A stretch of DNA of 63,964 nucleotides, counting the filler, from Octopus bimaculoides (taxonomy: Eukaryota): assembly GCF_001194135.2 (NCBI RefSeq). It is 6 parts of 5 records of this genome, joined end to end, with 100 filler letters (N's around TTAATTAATTAA, not from the genome) between each part and the next. Parts side by side here need not be neighbours in the genome. Positions count along the whole stretch, not along the records: positions 1 to 10,612 come from NC_069002.1; positions 10,713 to 22,813 come from NC_068983.1; 4 more parts are not named here. One strand, given 5' to 3'. Each line of letters starts with the position of its first letter. Positions within the stretch are counted from its first letter, which is position 1. Positions 1 through 11,289 of the stretch are shown piece after piece. The notes beneath the pieces were generated by a model. That model was given only the letters and a program-made list of their open reading frames with translations, was not told where the DNA came from and searched no databases. The position numbers and the translations under genes were made by a program.

Positions 1-1172
1 CAGGGGCACTGGCAACGATCTTTATTGTCAGAATAGGCTTTTATGGAAAAAACATAATGAAGTTGACTTTTATTTATCCTAGACGGTATAGTGCTTTTTT
101 TTTCAGTATGAATTCATAAAACCATTAAATGGTTAACTACTTTTTGAAGTTTGATGTTCATGGTGGTAATCACGGTCTGGGCCATATTTTACATTGCTTG
201 GAGTTTCTACCTATTGCAATGGAGCCCAGCAATTTCCTTAAATAGATCAGTTTTTCTCTGCTTAAGAAGTCTAGCTTGCGTTTGCCTCCAGTATGCTATT
301 GCTAACTTTCTCCGCATTAAGACAATGAAATTCATCACCGCCAACATTAGCTCTTACTGCATCTAATGCCGATGACAACATCATAATTCATCCTTGCACA
401 TGTAAACTCACTAAGTGAATATGGCTTAACGTTCCTACAGAAACCTTCATTTACTTCATATTGAATTATGCAGCAATCTTATGTTCTTTTCATAGAACAC
501 TTGTAATGTATGTATTACCAGTTCTTTTGGTATGGTAGATTTTTGCTATTCCTGTTTATGTCTCCTTACAGACATGTATATTCTAAAAAGTCACTTCTTA
601 AATTTCGCATCTCTCTTGTTCAATAAACACAAAGTTAAACTTGCAAAGCTGTTTATTTTCTCCGTTCGATTTTTAATGTTTATTTTTGTGGGTTACCAAA
701 CTATTAGCTTGGTCTCCTAGCTAAAACAGTAATGACAAATTTTTAAGTTTGCTCAACATTTCATAAGTGTGAAATGGATTAAAATTTCAATACTCTGTAT
801 CAAAGGTTCTGACAAGAAAGCACAGAAAATCAGAGCTTGAGACAAGAAGACACTTTCGACCAATCAGAATTCTGTTTACATAATCAGTTTGATTGGTCAA
901 CTTCCTCTGTTGGTTGAGTAAAGTGTTATCCAAGGTGATGTTTATTGGTAATTAAATTTATTTTGCCACACTTGTGCATATTTATCAGCTTTGTTTTTGT
1001 TGATAAGAATTATCAACAACTTTTCCTGTGATCGTGATTTGAGAAGACATACAGAAGTATGCGAAAGATCGGACATAATCTCTTGTAAGAAAGAAATGTA
1101 ATATAAAGTATCTTTCAAAACATCTCGATGCTTCTAAAGCAATCTTTGTTGTCTTTCAACGCAAGTTGAACT

Positions 1173-1200
1173 TATATATATATATATATATATATATATA
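1173..1200. repeat. (TA)n microsatellite
   Basis: Pure TA run. Confidence 0.95.
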
Positions 1201-1234
1201 ACGTATAGAGATGTGTGGGTATTCGCTTTTCATG

Positions 1235-2900
1235 CAAAAACAGCTTAGCTTCACCAATTGACTAAGACACTGTAACACCAGTCATTGGGTATGACTCCTT
1301 CTGTACAACCTGGTTATCTATATGGGTGATTAGGCCATAACCCACACCACCTGATATTTTAAATATCTCACCTGTGATTCCTGAGGGGCCAGGGCTTTCC
1401 TGGTCTTCATATCCTTCATGGTTTTATCTACCATGCTACTGTTTATTTGGATTTCTGGTCTCCCTGTTGGATCCACAGTAGGTAGATGCTCCTTCTCCCA
1501 TGCATTCTTTACATTTAGTAGCCTTTCCTAGTGACATTTCCAACCTTCTTTCTTTGCAGAGTCGCTAACTGCATGAGAACTGTCATCCATGTGAACACAC
1601 TTCTCTCCAACAGTTTCTCTGGCACACTGTCTTGCAAGCTGAAACACTTCAAGCTGTTGGTCCTCATGCTGCATAACATTGGCAAACTTCTTCCTCTTTG
1701 CTTCACCCCTGGCTAAGTATTCCTGCCTCCTAGCTTCCTGATATATCTCCTTGCTATCACCATCCTTTCACTCCTTCCAAGCCTGTTTCATTGCTCTAAT
1801 GGCCCTGTCAACTGTACTGTTCCACCACCACATCACCCTAGGTCTTGGTACCTTGCACTAACCACAGATTTGGCTTGTGGTTCCTAGCAAGTTGTCTGGT
1901 AGGAACTTTTAGTTATCCTCTATATTGCAAGTCTGTAACTCCACTTCTTTCTTATCAAATGCTTGTTAGGATGTCCCAATATCTTTGGCTACTTAAAGGA
2001 TCCTTAAGCTTCCATATCCTTCTTTTCCAAACTGGTTTGCTTCTTGTGTTCCTTTGTACCTGTAGCTTGAAGTCACTAATGAGTCATCTATGTTGAGGGG
2101 TACATTCTTCACCATGGAAGGACTTTGCATTTAAGAGCAACCATGAATCCCTTTTTTGGTGAGAACATATCAATCTGGCTGGCATGGTCACTGGGTTATC
2201 AGGTGACTGGCTGGCTTTCTGAAGTTGGTGTTTGCAGATCATTAGGTCATTTGCATCACTGAACTCCAGCAACCTTGTTCCCTCCTCATTTCGGGAACCA
2301 ATTCCATGGTCCCCATAAAAGACACCTGGGTGTTGCCCAACATGCTCATTGAAATCATCAGCCATGAAGATAAGCTCACTGTCATTTATCTTTGAAGTAG
2401 CTTGCAAAAGAGTGTCATAAAAGCAGTCCTTTTGTTCATTTGGCAGACCCAGGTGTGGAGCATGGACAGAGATGATTGTTGCCATGCTATTCTGCAAAAC
2501 TAGTCTAAGCTCAAGTACCCTATCACATATTCTGACTACTTCAATCACCTTATTTACCTGTTTCTCTGCTAGAAGTATGCTAACACCTCCTATCCTGTCA
2601 CTGTTGCCCTCCCAGAAGAATTTATGCCTATGCCTTTTGCCAGTAAAGAACCTAGCTGAAGTTCCCTTCCACTGAACTTCTAGGATGCAGCACACATCAA
2701 CAAATCTCCTTTCAAGCATTTCAACAATCTCACCAGACCTACCTTTTAATGTGCCTACTTTGACAGTGTCACCTGCAAGGGAAAGTGTGGGAAGGCAGGA
2801 GGTAACATGAGAAGGGACAACTGTAACTATTGATGTCTAAAAAGAAGGTTGTAATGAGTGTTGACCAACAGACACGGACACAGCAGTTGTCCTCACACTT
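1235..2900 (-). mobile_element. RTE-clade LINE remnant (AP-endonuclease plus start of RT), frameshifted
   Basis: ORF 2084-2719(-) has APE motifs (DVCCILEVQW, GGVSILL, ISVHAP, DDFNEHVG, GIGSRNEEGTRLLEF) typical of RTE ORFs. Downstream broken frames give WKRRIWKLKDP and VMWWWNSTVD, also typical of RTE. Confidence 0.85.
2084..2719 (-). pseudogene. LINE apurinic-like endonuclease domain (RTE), degenerate
   Basis: 211-aa ORF from the track with exonuclease/endonuclease/phosphatase-fold motifs; the frame is lost after LMICKH. Confidence 0.85.
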
Positions 2901-3134
2901 AATCCACCATCATTCATATTACACTTGCTACCTCCATTGGGCATGGGTGCTGTGCCAGCATTAGTTCAGCAGTGTTAGTACAGGTACCAGTAAATATTAA
3001 TATATATAAGTTGACTTAGGTTAACTGGTTAATTATTGTTACCACTATTAGTGGTGGGTGCCATATGTCACTATTAGTACAAAGCAATGTTAATACAAAT
3101 GCAGGCAAATAATGCGAATACAAATGCATTGCAC

Positions 3135-4592
3135 ATTAGCAAACATTGATTGACTGGAGACCAGAGGAAATATAGGGCAAACAAAAATTAAATTAGATTA
3201 AATTAAATTGCCACCGTCTATATCTCTCTCTTCCTTTCCTCAACCATCCCATTTATATTCTGATCCCTGTCCCTTGTGAGTATGCCTGGCACTTTGCCAC
3301 CATCTCTGTCCTGCTGTCTCCCACTCTCTCACTCCTTCTCTTGCACTTCCCTCAGGTTGGATAACCATGTATTTCCTTTGCAGCAGTGTACCTATTTCTG
3401 TTTTCATTCCTGATCTCTCTCTCTTACTCTCTCTCTGGTTGGGTAACCTTGTACCTCCTGTACAACAAGACACCTGTTTCTGTCTCTGTCTCACTCTAAC
3501 CTTTCATCATCCAACACACGATCTCCTCCTTCAATGCCCCCTCCCCTCTCAAAAGAGATTTTTTTTTGTCTTGCAAGTACTTGGTGACCCTGTCAGTGCA
3601 GGTGCCTCTTAAAAGCACCCAGTCCACACTGTAAAGTGGTTGGCGTTAGGAAGGGCATCCAGCTGTAAAAACCTGCCAAAACAGTTACAGAAGTTTGGTG
3701 CGGGCTTCAGCCTGGCTGGCTCTTGTCAAACCGTCCCACCCATGCCAGCATGGAAGGTGGACATTAAATGATGATGATGATGATGATAACAAGAAGGTTC
3801 AAGCATTAATGAAGATGTTTTCAGAGAGTGGGCGGGGGGATACAAAATAAATATGAAATTAAATTAAATTGATTTCAGTTAAATCAAATCAAGTAAAATT
3901 AGATGAGATTAAATTAAATTAAGTTAGATTAGATCAAGCTAAGTTAGATGGGTAGATTAAATGTGAGGACAAAGACACATTTTAACTTATCTCGACATTT
4001 TCAACTTGTATGTCTTAAGAACTAGCGGATAGATTTGATGGAGGGAGAATCAAATTTGATAGCTTTTCTATACTAAGCAACCATAGGAGGGTGGGGATGG
4101 GGGACAATATACTTACTGAAAGTGAAAGCCATGCTTATATAGTAAGCATACAGGGTTATGAAAGCAACATCATTAACAGAGGAGATAGACAATCAGAGAT
4201 CAAATGAAATTAACTTAAATGATAAGCAAACATTGTTGACCAAAGACAGGACAAATTAATTTAAGTGATAAGCAAGCATCGATTGACCGGAGACAAGAGG
4301 AAATATGGGACAAGCAAAAATGAAATGAAATTTAAATAGTATTAACAAGAAGGTTTAAGCATTAATGATGTTGATGGCGGCGGTGGTGGGGGTTGCGGAT
4401 ATGAAAGAAGCATGAAATTAAATTGACTTTGGTTAAATCAAATCAAGTAAAATTAAATGAGATTAGATTAAACTAAGTTAGATTAAGTTAAAAGAATGAG
4501 GCTGCAGCAAAAGATGGATAGAATAAATCTGAGGACAAAAATACATTTTAACTTATCGCAACATTTTCAACCTGTATGTTTTAAGAACCAGC
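3135..4592. repeat. Diverged local direct duplication (copy 1 = 3135-3209 + 3788-4030; copy 2 = about 4265-4592)
   Basis: Shared blocks gattgac(t/c)ggagac(c/a)agaggaaatat, aacaagaaggtt(c/t)aagcattaatga, ttaaatcaaatcaagtaaaatt and tgaggacaaa...cattttaacttatc. Confidence 0.8.
3210..3787 (+). mobile_element. 5'-truncated retroposon 3' end (RTE-type 3'UTR) ending in a (TGA)n tail
   Basis: Ends gtggttggcgttaggaagggcatccagc...ccatgccagcatggaaggtggacattaaa(tga)n. A related degenerate tail lies at about 55540-55700. It interrupts the first copy of a local direct repeat. Confidence 0.65.
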
Positions 4593-4621
4593 GAATGAAC
4601 ATACATACATACATACGTACG

Positions 4622-5627
4622 TACGTTGGATCATCCCATAAATAATGCAGTTTTTTCAATTGCATGAACTAAAAGTTGGAAGGAATGGGATAAACTACCT
4701 GCATCAACTTGCTATAAAGGCAGGTAGTAATTTTATCTTGTCCTTATTCCTAGTGCAAGTTTTGAAGAGTGCAGTTCGATTTTAACTGCTATGTTTTCAA
4801 AGCTATAATGGAAGTGACAAAGGAGCATAGTCAGCATATTTTGCCATCAGAAAAGTCAGCAAATTGGATCAATGGGTTCCTCACACACTTTCCAAGTCTA
4901 TTGTGTGCAGTGAGTGAACTGTGTTCTCTTCTTTGCTGTTATGTCTCATCAATGGACATTTTTTTGACCAAATAATGACTGGTGATGAGAAATGGGTTCT
5001 CTATAAAAATGTCAAGCACTGAAGACAGTGGGTAGGGAAATGAGAAACACTGGAACCCTAGGCTAAAGAAGGTCTTCACCCACGTTAAGTATTATTATCT
5101 GTTTGGTAGGATATGAAAGGTTTAGTCCACTTTGAACTTTTAAACCCAAACCAAATGTTATCAAAGGAGATCTACTGCGAGCAGCTTAAGTCAGCACTAG
5201 CAGAAAAGTCACCATCTTTGATTTCAAGATGAAAGGTGTTCTTCCATCAGGATAGTGCTTGGTTACGTACAGCAACGATGATATTCTAAAGGGTGGAGCA
5301 GTTTGAATGGGAAACGATGCCCCACCTACCATATTCACAAGACATTGCTCCATCTGATTATCATTTATTCTGCAGTTTTCAAACTCATTTGGATGGAAAA
5401 AATATGAATTCTGTAGATGGGGTCAGAACAGTACTGGAGGAGTATTTTCTGTCATGGACAAGTGAATTTTGGAAGAGGGGCCTTGCAAGTCTACCAGATA
5501 GATGGAAGAGCATTGTAGAAAATGAAGGAGAGTATATTTTAAATTAAAAAAGAACTTTGTTTATCTTAATTTTGAAAAATAAATGAAGCATAAGAAAACC
5601 GCACTATTCATGGGATAACTCAGTATA
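4622..5627 (+). mobile_element. Mariner (DD34D-type) DNA transposon, internally deleted and inactive
   Basis: Imperfect TIRs of about 30 bp (tacgttggatcatcccataaataatgcagtttt / revcomp tatactgagttatcccatgaatagtgcggtttt) with TA flanks. Transposase motifs MTGDEKWVLY, FHQDSA and HLPYSQDIAPSDYHLF (ORF 5293-5547). Confidence 0.92.
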
Positions 5628-5630
5628 TGT

Positions 5631-6019
5631 TGTTGTTGTTGGCACTCCGTCGCTTACGACGTCAAGGGTTCCAGTTGATCCGATCAACGGAACAGCCTGC
5701 TCGTGAAATTAACGTGCAAGTGGCTGAGCACTCCACAGACACGTGTACCCTTAACGTAGTTCTCGGGGATATTCAGCGTGACACAGTGTGACAAGGCTGA
5801 CCCTTTGAATTACAGGCACAACAGAAACAGGAAGTAAGAGTGAGAGAAAGTTGTGGTGGAAGAGTACAGCAGGGTTCGCCACCATCCCCTGCCGGAGCCT
5901 CGTAGAACTTTAGGTGTTTTCGCTGAATAAACACTCACAACACCCGGTCTGGGAATTGAAACCGCGATCCTATGACCGCGAGTCCGCTGCCCTAACTGCT
6001 GGGCCATTGCACCTCTACC
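5631..6019 (-). mobile_element. tRNA-derived SINE, family A, full length
   Basis: Minus-strand head with A-box-like TGGCCCAGCAG and B-box-like GGTTTCAATTCC; (AAC)n tail; 10-bp TSD cagtatatgt at 5621-5630 and 6020-6029. Near-identical copies at 34551 and 52012. Confidence 0.93.
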
Positions 6020-6399
6020 CAGTATATGTATACATACATATATGTTGGTTCAGTCCCTCTGCATGTCATGTTTAGCAAATGTCCTCTACTATAGCCCCGC
6101 AACAGACTGACCAATTCCTGTGAGTGGGATTGGTAGACACTATATGGAAGTTCAGAAACAGTGAAAAGGTTTGTCAAAAGAACACACCCTTCCCTGACCT
6201 AAGCTGTTAGTTTCAGCTAGTTATTTGGTGAATTTCTGAAACATTTACTATTCATACACTGATGGCCTATAGTCATACGGCCTCATGCCACATGGCCAAA
6301 CACATTTTGCTTTAAAGTCACAAAAGTTATTGTAGAAATCTGATTAATATTGCATGTATTTCTCTGTTAGAATATCCATTCGTTATCTTCACCTATTAT

Positions 6400-6900
6400 T
6401 CCTGATAGGGTTGTAAGGATTGAGCCCTCAGGTACTTCCCCCCTTGGGTCTAACCGGAAACAGTGTTCATTAGACTTTCCTATTGGATTCCCAAAGATGA
6501 CCAACTGAGACTGTGGATTATTATTTAACCATCGTATTCGTGGTCTACCTGTGTGTCTCCTGCCAACTGGATCAGCTTAAAGAATTCATCTTTTGATTCT
6601 TTCTTGTAATTTATGTCTTAGGGTACACATCGTTTGTGCTTCCACTCCATGCCTCCTCCCAGAACAAGTTGTAGGCTTATTGCTGGTTGTACTGGCATTG
6701 AGTGAAGACTAATATATTTTGTCAACAGACTCCTCTATCTAATATCTGAATGTGTTCCTTGTTAACTTGCATGATGGATGATGCAGTATGGTTTTTCTTT
6801 CAAACCCCTTTCAATTTGCAGTTTTTGGTCGCCTTATTCACTCCAGGCAACAAACTGTGAAGCTGCTTCAATATAAACTTTACAAATCTTCTTCATATTG
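6400..6900 (-). mobile_element. Highly degenerate LINE 3' fragment (RTE-like C-terminus)
   Basis: Broken minus frame reads GRRHTGRPRIRWLNN, resembling the GRRPRGRPRKRW..N motif at the end of RTE ORFs. Confidence 0.45.
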
Positions 6901-7449
6901 TTTCATTCATTTTGGAAAGTTGCCGGATACATGTTTGTTGTCACATTTATTTTGTGGGCTTAATTTAATCAAATAAAACAGACAGTAACACCTCGCATCT
7001 ACAGCTAATTAAATTAATTGTGTAGTTGTTTTTTTTTTCTTTTTGTAGTTTGTGCTGTTGCCTTTCTTTAACATTTCAGTAACAGTTGATCTGTCCATTT
7101 ACTCGGCCATTCTCCAACACATAAAACATTATTATTCATTTTAAAAACACTTTCATTAACATATTCTCATTAACATAATCTCTTCCCTCTTTTAACAGTT
7201 TTACATGAGCCAATGAGGGAGTCTCTACACAGACACTTGCCCTGCTAGAAATAACAACCAAACACTTGCAAATCATGCACCCTGCCATCTAAAATAAGGA
7301 ATGGCCACATTTGATAATATAGTCATAGACATACCATTAAAAATGACAGGATGGTCATGACTGGACTACCTTTGATCACATGTTAACTGGAACAAGGTTG
7401 ATACCGAGCTAAATAATCATAAAATAGTTCTACCATTATCCATTCCAAT

Positions 7450-7590
7450 GGCAGTGGAATTGGAAGAACTGTCAGAGTATTGGATAAAATGCTTTGCAGT
7501 ATTTATTCCAGCTCTTTACATCCTGAGTTCAAATCCCACCAAAATCAACTTTGCCTTTCATCCTTTCAAAAGTACCAGTCATGAACTGGG
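7450..7590 (+). mobile_element. SINE family B, degenerate
   Basis: ctgagttcaaatccc...actttgcctttcatccttt...gtaccagt core shared with the copies at 63527 and 39347. Confidence 0.75.
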
Positions 7591-8221
7591 GTATTGAATT
7601 TTTAACTACTTTGTCTTAAACTTTGTGATCTGATACTGATGTTAGGAATGGCAAAAGTTTCATTTTAGTTTCCTAAATAACTTGTGTAGCTTTATTTCAT
7701 GTGATTTTCATATCTTGTTAAGTATCAAATGGAATTTCTTTCCTTAATTATTTTAACACATTCCTATCTACCTCTGCTTCTTGGCTATAAAATTCTTCAC
7801 CTTATTTTCTCTGTCTTCCAGTTACTTTATTTTCTTTTGATTCTTAAGTTTGCCACATTCATTTTCAACAACTTCACATATTTCAGTGATTGGATCCATT
7901 CTTTGATCCGATCATTAACTATTTCTCATGTTAATTCTTAGAGTAATTCCCTCTAGAATTTCTTTCAATTCTTTCATATATATTCTAGATCTATGCATCT
8001 TTCTCTTTTTTTCTTTCCCATTTACCAATCTTTATTCCATTCCTGCTCTTTCTTCTTTGGCTCATTTTGTTGTCAGATCTCTTCTTTCAGCAGAGCTGAT
8101 TTAAGCGTATTCTTTCAAATTTTCCTATTTACCAAAATTTCTGTTGGACCTCTCTTGTTTATTATTTCTTCAAAACCTCCTCTTGATAATTGAGATTTGA
8201 AAATAATGATAATAATAATGA

Positions 8222-8440
8222 TAATTCCTTCTACTAAATGCACTAGGCCTGAAATTTTGGGGGAGCGGGAAAGTTAATCACATTGACCCCAGTACTCTAC
8301 TGGTATTTAATTTATTGACCCTGAAAGGATGAAAGGCAAAGTCGACCTTGGCAGAATTTGAACTCAGAGCTTAAAGATGGATGAAATGTAGCTAAATATT
8401 GTGCTTGGTGTGCTAACAATTCTGCCAGCTCACTGCCCTA
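8222..8440 (-). mobile_element. SINE family B
   Basis: gaaaggatgaaaggcaaagtcgacct...atttgaactcagag...ctgccagctc; flanked by (TAA)n. Confidence 0.88.
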
Positions 8441-8464
8441 ATAATAATAATAATGATAATAATA

Positions 8465-8820
8465 AAAAGATGGGCTACAGCAAAAGTTCTGCTCAGTACC
8501 ACAGACCTGTTTGTCAGTTGCTTGACCTTAATCAGTTGAGTATGTCTCTTAGGAGTTGACAATATGTCCAGCTCTGATCATGACCAGGAGTAGTGGGGAA
8601 GCATCATAGCCATGTGTTGAGAGGAATTCTTTGGGGTTTGAATAATTCACATCTGGAAACATGGGTGTTTAGTTCATCATCTTTAAACAAACCTTATGCA
8701 GAGGCCTTTTGAGTGGGATGGGCTACTCGACTTGGAGAAAATTCTAACCTGCAAGGTCATATGCTGTTTATCTTGACACAAGGTCAGCATTCGCATACAT
8801 ATGGTTGTGATGCATCGATC
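8465..8820. mobile_element. Unclassified interspersed repeat, family C
   Basis: Alignable to 25045-25490, sharing the block catagccatgtgttgagaggaattctttggggtttgaataattcac. Both copies adjoin (TAA)n. Confidence 0.8.
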
Positions 8821-8824
8821 CTAG

Positions 8825-8970
8825 TGTTTCACTGGTACTTAATTTATTGACCCTGAGGGAATTAAAGGCAAAGATGACCTCCGCGGAATTTGAACTGAGA
8901 ACAAAGTGGCAGACGAAATACTGCTAAGCATTTTGCCCTCTGTGCTAACAATTCTACCAGCTCAGTGCCT
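8825..8970 (-). mobile_element. SINE family B (head and core)
   Basis: actggtacttaatttattgaccc...aaaggcaaag...ggaatttgaact...ctaagcattttgccc. Confidence 0.85.
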
Positions 8971-9024
8971 TAGTAATAATAACAATATTCCTCTTTTCTG
9001 TGCATTAAATTCTACTGCTGTTTT

Positions 9025-9340
9025 TGGTGGCTTAGTGGTTAGGGCATTCAGCTCATGATCATAAGGTCACGAGTTCAATTCCTGGTGACACATTGCGTCC
9101 TTGAGCAATACACTTTATTTCATGTTGCTCCAGTCCACTCAAATGGCAAAAATGAGTAGTACCTGTAATTCAAAGGGACAGCCTTGTCACACTCTGTGTC
9201 ACATTGAATCTCCCTGAGAACTACGTTAAGGGTACACGTGTCTGTGGAGTGCTCAGCCACTTGCACGTTAATTTCACGAGCAAGCTGTTCCGTTGATTGT
9301 ATCAGCTGGGACCCTCATTGTTGTAACTGACAGAGTGTTC
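9025..9340 (+). mobile_element. tRNA-head SINE with a CORE-like central domain and the family-A 3' tail
   Basis: gtggcttagtggttagg...gagttcaattcct head, then gtccttgagcaatacactt...ccagtccactca...aatgagt domain, then the same tail as family A (gagaactacgttaagggtacacgtgtctgtggagtgctcagcc). Confidence 0.85.
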
Positions 9341-9699
9341 CTACATTATATATTTTTGATTTTTAGGTTCTTGAAGATCATATAAAAAGTATGTTTCATT
9401 TTGGTTCTTCTTGACTGATTGGAATGAAATTTTCTTTGATATTATTAAAAGTCTGTGCTGCCACTTTGTGTGCACCTGGAATAACTCAATCTTCATTTAT
9501 TTTAGATTAATATCTTTTTGGGGGAATGAGAATAAAATTGATCTGTTTATTAAATATCTCTCTGGGATGTTTAATAAACGTCTTATTGTTTCATTGTAAT
9601 TATTATTGTTATGATTAGTTTGTGTTGCTTTACAAGTTTTGATAATCTTACCCACCCACCCCTTCATTGTTAGTTGTTTCTCTAGACTGCATTTGCTAA

Positions 9700-10050
9700 C
9701 CATTGCCTTCCAATCATGTGATCTTGAGTTCAGTCCCAAAGCATGGCATGTTGGGCAAGTGTCTTCTTCTAATGTCCTGGGCCAACCAAAGTCTTGTGAG
9801 TGGATTTAATACATGGAAACTGAAAGAAGCTTCTGTGTGTATGTGTTTGTGTTTGTCTCCCACCACTGCTTGACAGGTGTTGGTTTGTTTATGTCCCTAT
9901 AACTTATCGATTTGGCAAAAGAGTCCAATAGAGTAAGTACTAGACTTAAAAATTAGTCCTGGGGTCAATTTGTTTGACTAAAATCCTTCAAGGTTGTGCC
10001 CCAGCATGGCCACAGTCTAAAGACTGAAACAAGTAAAAAAATAAAAGATC
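9700..10050 (+). mobile_element. SINE family D (internal microsatellite type), diverged
   Basis: ttgggcaagtgtcttct...ttgtgagtggattt...ggaaactgaaagaagc...ccagcatggccacagtc...gactgaaacaagtaaaa; matches 32797-33085. Confidence 0.85.
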
Positions 10051-10554
10051 AGATCCTACCTTTGCATTCCAATCACTTTGAAATATATTCTTTTTTTGTT
10101 TTATTTGTCAATTGTTTTTCTTTTTTCTTTCTAGATCTTAAAAGAATTTTCCTTCTTTTCCTTTCATTGTTGTCACTAATTGGTGGATATATTTGTGGTG
10201 GGGAGTGGATTAAGACATCTTTTGGATTAGCCACTTATTGTGCACTAGCAGTATAGCCTGGCTTTGCCCGGGATTAAGTTGGGATTATTAAGCTAATCAA
10301 GTTCTTTATTTCAAACCAAACTAAGTAACATGATGTCAAATTTGAGCAGAATCAGTGTTGCAGCTGGAGTGCATGGGTTGGGAGTTTGATCGGCAGAGGT
10401 GATCAGGTTACACATGCCATCCCTTTGAAAACACCACCGCCATCATCTAACCCCTCTTTGCTCATGGGTTAGGAACCCTTCCAGCAAGGAAAATAGAATG
10501 ACCAAAAGGGCTCCCGATTCTCTGTGTCAGAAGCGGTTCAGTTCAGATCACAAT

Positions 10555-10612
10555 GGATTTGGTAGACGGAAACTGAAAGAAGCCCGTCGTATATATGTAT
10601 ATATATATATAT
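10555..10612 (+). mobile_element. SINE family D fragment running into an assembly gap
   Basis: ggatttggtagacggaaactgaaagaagcccgtcgtatatat is nearly identical to 32809-32855. Confidence 0.8.
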
Positions 10613-10712
10613 NNNNNNNNNNNNNNNNNNNNNNNNNNNNNNNNNNNNNNNNNNNNTTAATTAATTAANNNNNNNNNNNNNNNNNNNNNNNNNNNNNNNN
10701 NNNNNNNNNNNN
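10613..10712. other. Assembly gap with an artificial TTAATTAATTAA six-frame-stop linker (also at 22858, 32742, 42277, 62865)
   Basis: Identical N44-TTAATTAATTAA-N44 layout; the palindromic 12-mer puts TAA in all six frames. Confidence 0.93.
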
Positions 10713-10734
10713 ATATATATATATATATAACAAT

Positions 10735-11265
10735 TGCTGCATGGAAGGTGTTTATAAGCCATTTAAAAACATCTTCCATGATGCAATTGTTTTTGTTCCA
10801 GCACACGATCTCAGATCAGGTCTCTTGCTATACATGTACATTTCTGTAGTTTCATGTGAGTGTGAGTGAGCATATACATATAGGCACATGTACATGGGTG
10901 TTCATGTGTATGTATGTACATGCATGCATACCTTAATTCTATGAGCATTTTTACTTTTTTACTTTCTCTCCTCGGGTTTTTTCCCTTTATTCAATGGTCA
11001 TTCTAATAGCCCTTTTATTTATCTTAGTAACGGTCATTTACATAGTAATTTCCCTTTGTTTAATGGTCATTTTCATAGCATTTTTTGATTGTCTTAATAA
11101 CTGACAAATGCCAGAGAAGATTTCTGCCCCAGCATCCGAAACTCAGAGTTTAATTTTAGGAACCGAATAATTGTCGCTTATTATATTACAGATAAATTCC
11201 TCTATTTACATAATATCAAGGTCTCATTCATTCTTTTGTTGTCATACCATTACTATTAATATATA
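10735..11265 (+). mobile_element. Probable Penelope-like terminal repeat (pLTR) remnant with a degenerate hammerhead-like motif
   Basis: ctgacaa-atgc...gcat-ccgaaactcagag at 11101-11148 has the CUGANNA/stem/GAAAC layout of PLE hammerheads, followed by an AT-rich tail. No coding part is seen. Confidence 0.45.
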
Positions 11266-11289
11266 TATTAAGACAGAGGGGTAGGTATT

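Noticed and set aside
60-400. Possible hAT-like transposase trace on the minus strand (RLLKQRKTDLFKEIAGLHC)
   Set aside because: Only a vague resemblance to the hAT xHCxxHxL motif amid stops; not supportable without an HMM search.
2084-2719. Host gene (craniofacial development protein 2-like hits would be expected)
   Set aside because: That label reflects RTE endonuclease similarity; the adjacent broken RT frames show a LINE remnant.
5293-5547. SETMAR-like host gene
   Set aside because: It lies between mariner TIRs with stops and frameshifts upstream and no SET domain; it is a dead transposase.
7640-8200. Purine-rich minus-strand stretch resembling a decayed non-LTR ORF
   Set aside because: No diagnostic motif could be read.
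10657-10668. Recurrent palindrome TTAATTAATTAA (five times, always inside N runs)
   Set aside because: Artificial six-frame-stop scaffold linker centred in 100-bp gaps; not biological.
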